Positions 37,827 to 40,579 of a stretch of DNA of 40,579 nucleotides are shown piece by piece. The position numbers were made by a program, and so were the translations under genes. The notes under the pieces are model-generated. The model saw only the letters and a list, made by a program, of their open reading frames with translations. It searched no databases and was not told the origin of the DNA. Numbering within the stretch: position 1 is the stretch's first letter; the number at the start of each line of letters is the position of its first letter. Origin of the DNA: Octopus bimaculoides (lineage: Eukaryota). The stretch is from positions 39,656,113 to 39,696,691 of the forward strand of contig NC_068999.1 of NCBI RefSeq assembly GCF_001194135.2, written 5' to 3'.

Positions 37827-38963
37827 GTGTGTGCCTATGTATTATATACATATAGGAATATATGCTTACGTATACACGCATATACACATCTAGATATATG
37901 AGAGCAATGATATTAAATCTATTATGTCATAAACTTTGTATACACAGTTCTCGTGTGAGAAGTGTGTTTGTGTATGTATGTGTGTATCTATTTATGTATG
38001 TATTTATGTATGTAGATTCAGATTTAGAGTACCAACGCTTTGGAGAATGACTCTTTCTATAAATTCTAGAAGTGGTTGCAGAAAGGCAGGAAGCCTTGGA
38101 AGCTGCGTAATATTACCTTAACTCTTGTCACAGTTTGTACTAAGTGAAAAGCATCACACCTTCAGGTATGCCATTTAATTCAAGCAATTGAAGAAATGAA
38201 TTAGCTGTAACTTGTGTGCTTCAAATTTCACGGATGTGAAGTTTATTTTAAGGAAATGTTTTCTACCGAATATCAATTATAAATATTTGATCCACACGAA
38301 GTTTTCTTGGACGCAGTTTGCCCTAAGCGACGAACAATGCTATAGAACCCAAATTCACCCTTGTGAATCGAAATTCTTACCTATACATCCATAGCCATGT
38401 ATTCTTGCATGATGTTGCTTTGTGTACTTTTTATATCACAATACACGCATATATAACTATAGACATTCACACACTTCTACATTTCATAGAAGAAACTGCT
38501 TATAGATTTACTCTTAAATAACAATTGTGCAATACCCTCAGGAGAAAACAAGCTGTTCTAAAGGAATCGATTTGGAGAAATATGAGTCTCAACAGGCTCT
38601 TGACGCATCCATCTTCTACGAAAACCGCTTTATATATCACTCACTATCAAAATTAAATCCTCTTGTGGTATAACTTTACCAATTATATAACACACTCAAA
38701 TCATAAGGACAGAATAGGTAATTATGTAAGTATTTCTAACTTTTCAATGTAAGAAGTTTCAATTTAAAGAAGATAAAGCATTGACTGATTTATAAATATT
38801 AGGACTGAGAAAATAATTTTAACTTCACACGCTAACGAGGTTCCCGTCAAATATTTTAGAAATGAAATTCCTCTCTACTGCAAAACCCTTCCTACAATAA
38901 GTGAAATTCTGTTACACGGAATTGTCCGAAGTGAGAAAGAAGGAGAGAGAGAAGTTATACATA

Positions 38964-39193
38964 TAATTATTTCTTTATTACCCACATGGGGCTAAACATA
39001 TTGGGGACAAACAAAGGGATTAAGTGGATTACATCCCCCCTCCCCCAGTGCGTAACTGGTACTTATTTAATCGACTTCGAAAGGATGAAAGGCAAAGTCG
39101 ACCTTGGCAGAATTTGAACTCAGAACGTAACGGCAGACGAAACACCGCTAAGCATTTCGCCCGGCGTGCTAACGACTCTGCCAGCTCGCCGCC
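38964..39193 (-). mobile_element. tRNA-derived SINE, best-preserved copy
   Basis: Reverse complement: GGCGGCGAGCTGGCAGAGTCGTTAGCACGCCGGGCGAAATGCTTAGCGG...GAGTTCAAATTC (B box)...GTCGACTTTGCCTTTCATCCTTTC...AATAAGTACCAG...AATAAAGAAATAATTAT. Confidence 0.9.
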
Positions 39194-39420
39194 TTGAGTT
39201 TATATATATATAATGATTTACCTACGTTAATTACCTGTAAGTTGTTTACACGTAGACTGAAGCCTTCTCGTAGTTTAATGTCATCATTTCCGCCGTGTTT
39301 ATCTTTAGCGAAACCAGCTCTTGTCCAAGAGTTCTGGCTGGACATACATTATTTTATGAATTCCTTCATCAATCTCTTTTATATAGTGTAAATGATTGTG
39401 GATCCTGCCCTCTCTCGCAA

Positions 39421-39464
<44 letters not shown>

Positions 39465-40477
39465 NNNNNNNNNNTATATATATATATATGTATATGTGTG
39501 TGTATGTGTGTGTGTGTGTGTGTGCTCCTATGCATCATGAGTCTATATGAAAGGACCTCTGAGGGAGAATACCACAGTGTTCGGCGTTCTAAAACAAAAT
39601 CAACATTAAGCGGGACACAATACATTGCCTTTGGTATTAATACTGCTTCTGTTATTAATAGTTATACACACACTCGTACACACACACACACACACAAACA
39701 TATATTCACACATACATGTACATACGTATTCGCACGGTTCATCGAATACGCAGGAAATCGGATCCTTGCTGGAAATAGAAATTGTTGAATCCATTTGTAA
39801 ATTACAGTCGTTTCGGAGTTTGACGTAATGATTAAATGAGTAGATGTGTTCCTTTGTGTACGGTAGTGTAGATATGGTTGGAAGTATACGTTCATGTAAG
39901 GATGTGTGTATGTGAATGATTGTATATCTTTTGTTACACTTTCATTATATTTAATATTTTTTTTATTTATGTTTGTCTTCAATGTATTTCTCAATTTTAT
40001 TCTTTTTATTTTGTAAACATTTCTGTAAAAATATTTTCTGCTTGGAATATGGTAGTTAAACATTTATACTGAAGGAAAGCGATCCTAACTATAAGCCCGC
40101 TTCCTTGAAATATCGATTTCTTTTCATTTGGCAGTTCAAATTAGGAACCTAATTACTCGGAGGCTAGAAAACATTGTTTATTAAATTCATCTCACTGAAA
40201 TAATCGATACTTGGAAGAAAAACAAATGAAAAACAATGTGAAAAAACAAAAAAAAAACAACAAAACATGAATTAAATAAATAATAAAAAATAAGAACATG
40301 ACATAGTCAACATGAACCAGAACAACTACAATACCATCGATATCAACAATAAGAATAACAGCAACAACAATAATAATAAATATAACAATAGAAGCAGAAT
40401 TGAGAACTATATCGGAGAGTGTAAACTGATGCATAGATGCAAAGTATAAATATAAATGTGTGTGTTTGCGCGTGTGT

Positions 40478-40579
<102 letters not shown>

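Noticed and set aside
19-40434. ORF-track entries rich in YI/CV/HT/RE or X
   Set aside because: They are translations of microsatellites or N gaps.

Overview
AT-rich, non-coding eukaryotic DNA from a gapped short-read assembly (nine N gaps, most bordered by (TA)n). The microsatellite load and SINE families look like an Octopus/coleoid cephalopod genome; this is inferred from repeat content. No host protein-coding gene is supported, and nearly all ORF-track entries are microsatellite or N-gap artefacts. The window holds: an internally deleted Tc1/mariner element with ~100-bp TIRs (305-873); a complete minimal type I hammerhead ribozyme of the Penelope-associated kind (17991-18036); two different decayed Penelope-like GIY-YIG retroelements (20121-20800 minus, 25755-26754 plus); an RTE-like LINE endonuclease fossil (34590-35260 minus); many tRNA-derived SINEs with a shared core and different tails; and an identical 272-bp local duplication. 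All protein-family calls are by-eye motif recognition of manual translations, not database searches.
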